Assembly: GCF_002105155.1 (NCBI RefSeq)
Contig: NW_019028980.1
Location: forward strand, 434,001 to 498,000
Source: Lobosporangium transversale
Lineage: Eukaryota
DNA: 64,000 nt
Reading direction: 5' to 3'
Made by a program: the position numbers and the translations under genes. Shown here piece by piece: positions 62,835 to 64,000 of this stretch; positions within the stretch are counted from its first letter, which is position 1, and each line of letters opens with the position of its first letter. Below the pieces are notes generated by a model. That model was not told the DNA's origin. It worked only from the letters and a program-made list of their open reading frames with translations, and ran no database searches.

Positions 62835-64000
62835 GATAATTATAAATAACTACATAGTCCGTACAAACGCGTCCCGATGTTTAACTATCAGCGTGTGATA
62901 TCTTGTCACCCAAACTAATAAAATACACTATATTTGTAGGCTGATGAGGACGAAGGTGAAGATTTCCTTAATGCAGAAGCGATTGAATTTGGAGATGGTT
63001 CTGTCATCCTCGCAGCAGCAGTGGCACAGACAGCAGAGAGTCAAAAGGACAAAGAACCATCACTACCGCCGCCGATACCTGATAGCCAACGAGAAGAGCG
63101 CGTTGTTGATCGAGGAGATGTAGAGTTCACCAGAGCATGGCCCAATCGAGGTCAGTCTAGTTCAGGACCATCACTTTATCAGCCTCATCAAGAGACACCA
63201 TCTAGATATGGCCCACAGGACCGCGCGCATTCATCACTTTGGCAAGGAGCGCCAACTGATCGCCGTCCCTCCACAGATCGAAACCTGGGTCATTACTCTC
63301 ACCAGCGACGTGAATCGTTAGGATCACGAGACCCATATCAGAATGGGCCTCGTCGAGACTCAACTGGACACAAAGATTCCTATTCTGGGCCTCGCCGGGA
63401 CCCTAGCTACCGTGAACCATACTCTCATGAGCGTAGAGACTCTTATAACCGCTCTGGAAGCTATCAACGCGATCGGTCACCCTATCGTCAGCGAGATGGT
63501 GACTATCATCAAGACAGGAGACACAGCCATGATCGGCCACCATACTCTTCAGATCGAATTCCTGACCGTCAGCGCGATTTTCAATTATTGACACGTCCGA
63601 AAGAATCTACGAATGACGGGTTGGGGCTTCATGATATAAATTCTCATGGTCATCCTAGTTCTCACCCTCATTCATATCATCCACATTCATTGTCCGGTGC
63701 ACGTGGTCCACATGAACGAAATTATACAAAAGATCACGAGCATCGGGAGCATGGAGGTAATCACATTGAGCCATATGGAGCTACGGACCATCAGCATGAA
63801 GCAATGAAACAGATCGCAGATGAAGCACGTAAGCGGCGGGATGACGAAGAAAGAGAGAGGGAAGAAAGCAAGGCCAGAGCGCGTGCAAAAGCAGATGTAG
63901 TGGCGCGCAAGATAGAAGAAGAGAAACTCGCCAAGGCCAAGCAAGAAGCAGCAGCGGAGGAGGAACGTTTAGCAAAAGAAAAGGCAGAGGAAGAGATTCG
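61550..64000 (+). CDS. PRRC2/BAT2-N-like low-complexity protein, 5' part (runs off window)
   Basis: Spliced MKAYRS|GRGGSTLRGK..APAPVNLPSRRHE, AWRTV..DEFPTAAEAA, NWDE|ADEDEGEDFLNAEAIEFGDGS, R/D/S-rich region, then start of a coiled coil (KQIADEARKRRDDEE). Start codon tentative. Confidence 0.6.
62783..62832. repeat. (TA)n microsatellite in an intron
   Basis: About 25 TA units read directly. Confidence 0.95.

Overview
Eukaryotic, intron-rich fungal DNA with GT-AG introns, CTAAC branch points and very long A/T homopolymers. The gene set and relic families suggest an early-diverging fungus such as Mortierellaceae (inference). Recognisable genes: NudE, MDM35, ICP55, an intronless MRN1/Nrd1-like four-RRM protein, MGM101, a KHDC4/BLOM7-like KH protein, an intronless F-box protein, WHI2, NPC2, MPO1, CYT1, an intronless short catalase-related hemoprotein, and the 5' part of a PRRC2/BAT2-like gene. 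The most interesting locus is a decayed, intron-containing minus-strand gene at about 15.5-18.0 kb. In it a FEN1/XPG-type H3TH (GNDY) segment is spliced in frame to a Fanzor1/TnpB-like body (TNG motif, IVGCDPG RuvC-I, bridge-helix-like segment, VVGLGSF), followed by a hairpin-rich candidate omega-RNA. A second accessory zone (39.5-56.7 kb) holds six copies of an unknown three-exon gene family (three apparently intact, three decayed). These are interleaved with a MULE relic, a restriction-endonuclease-fold pseudogene and three microhomology-joined fragments of the F-box gene. No rRNA, tRNA or CRISPR array was recognised. All exon boundaries and family assignments were made by eye, with no database search.
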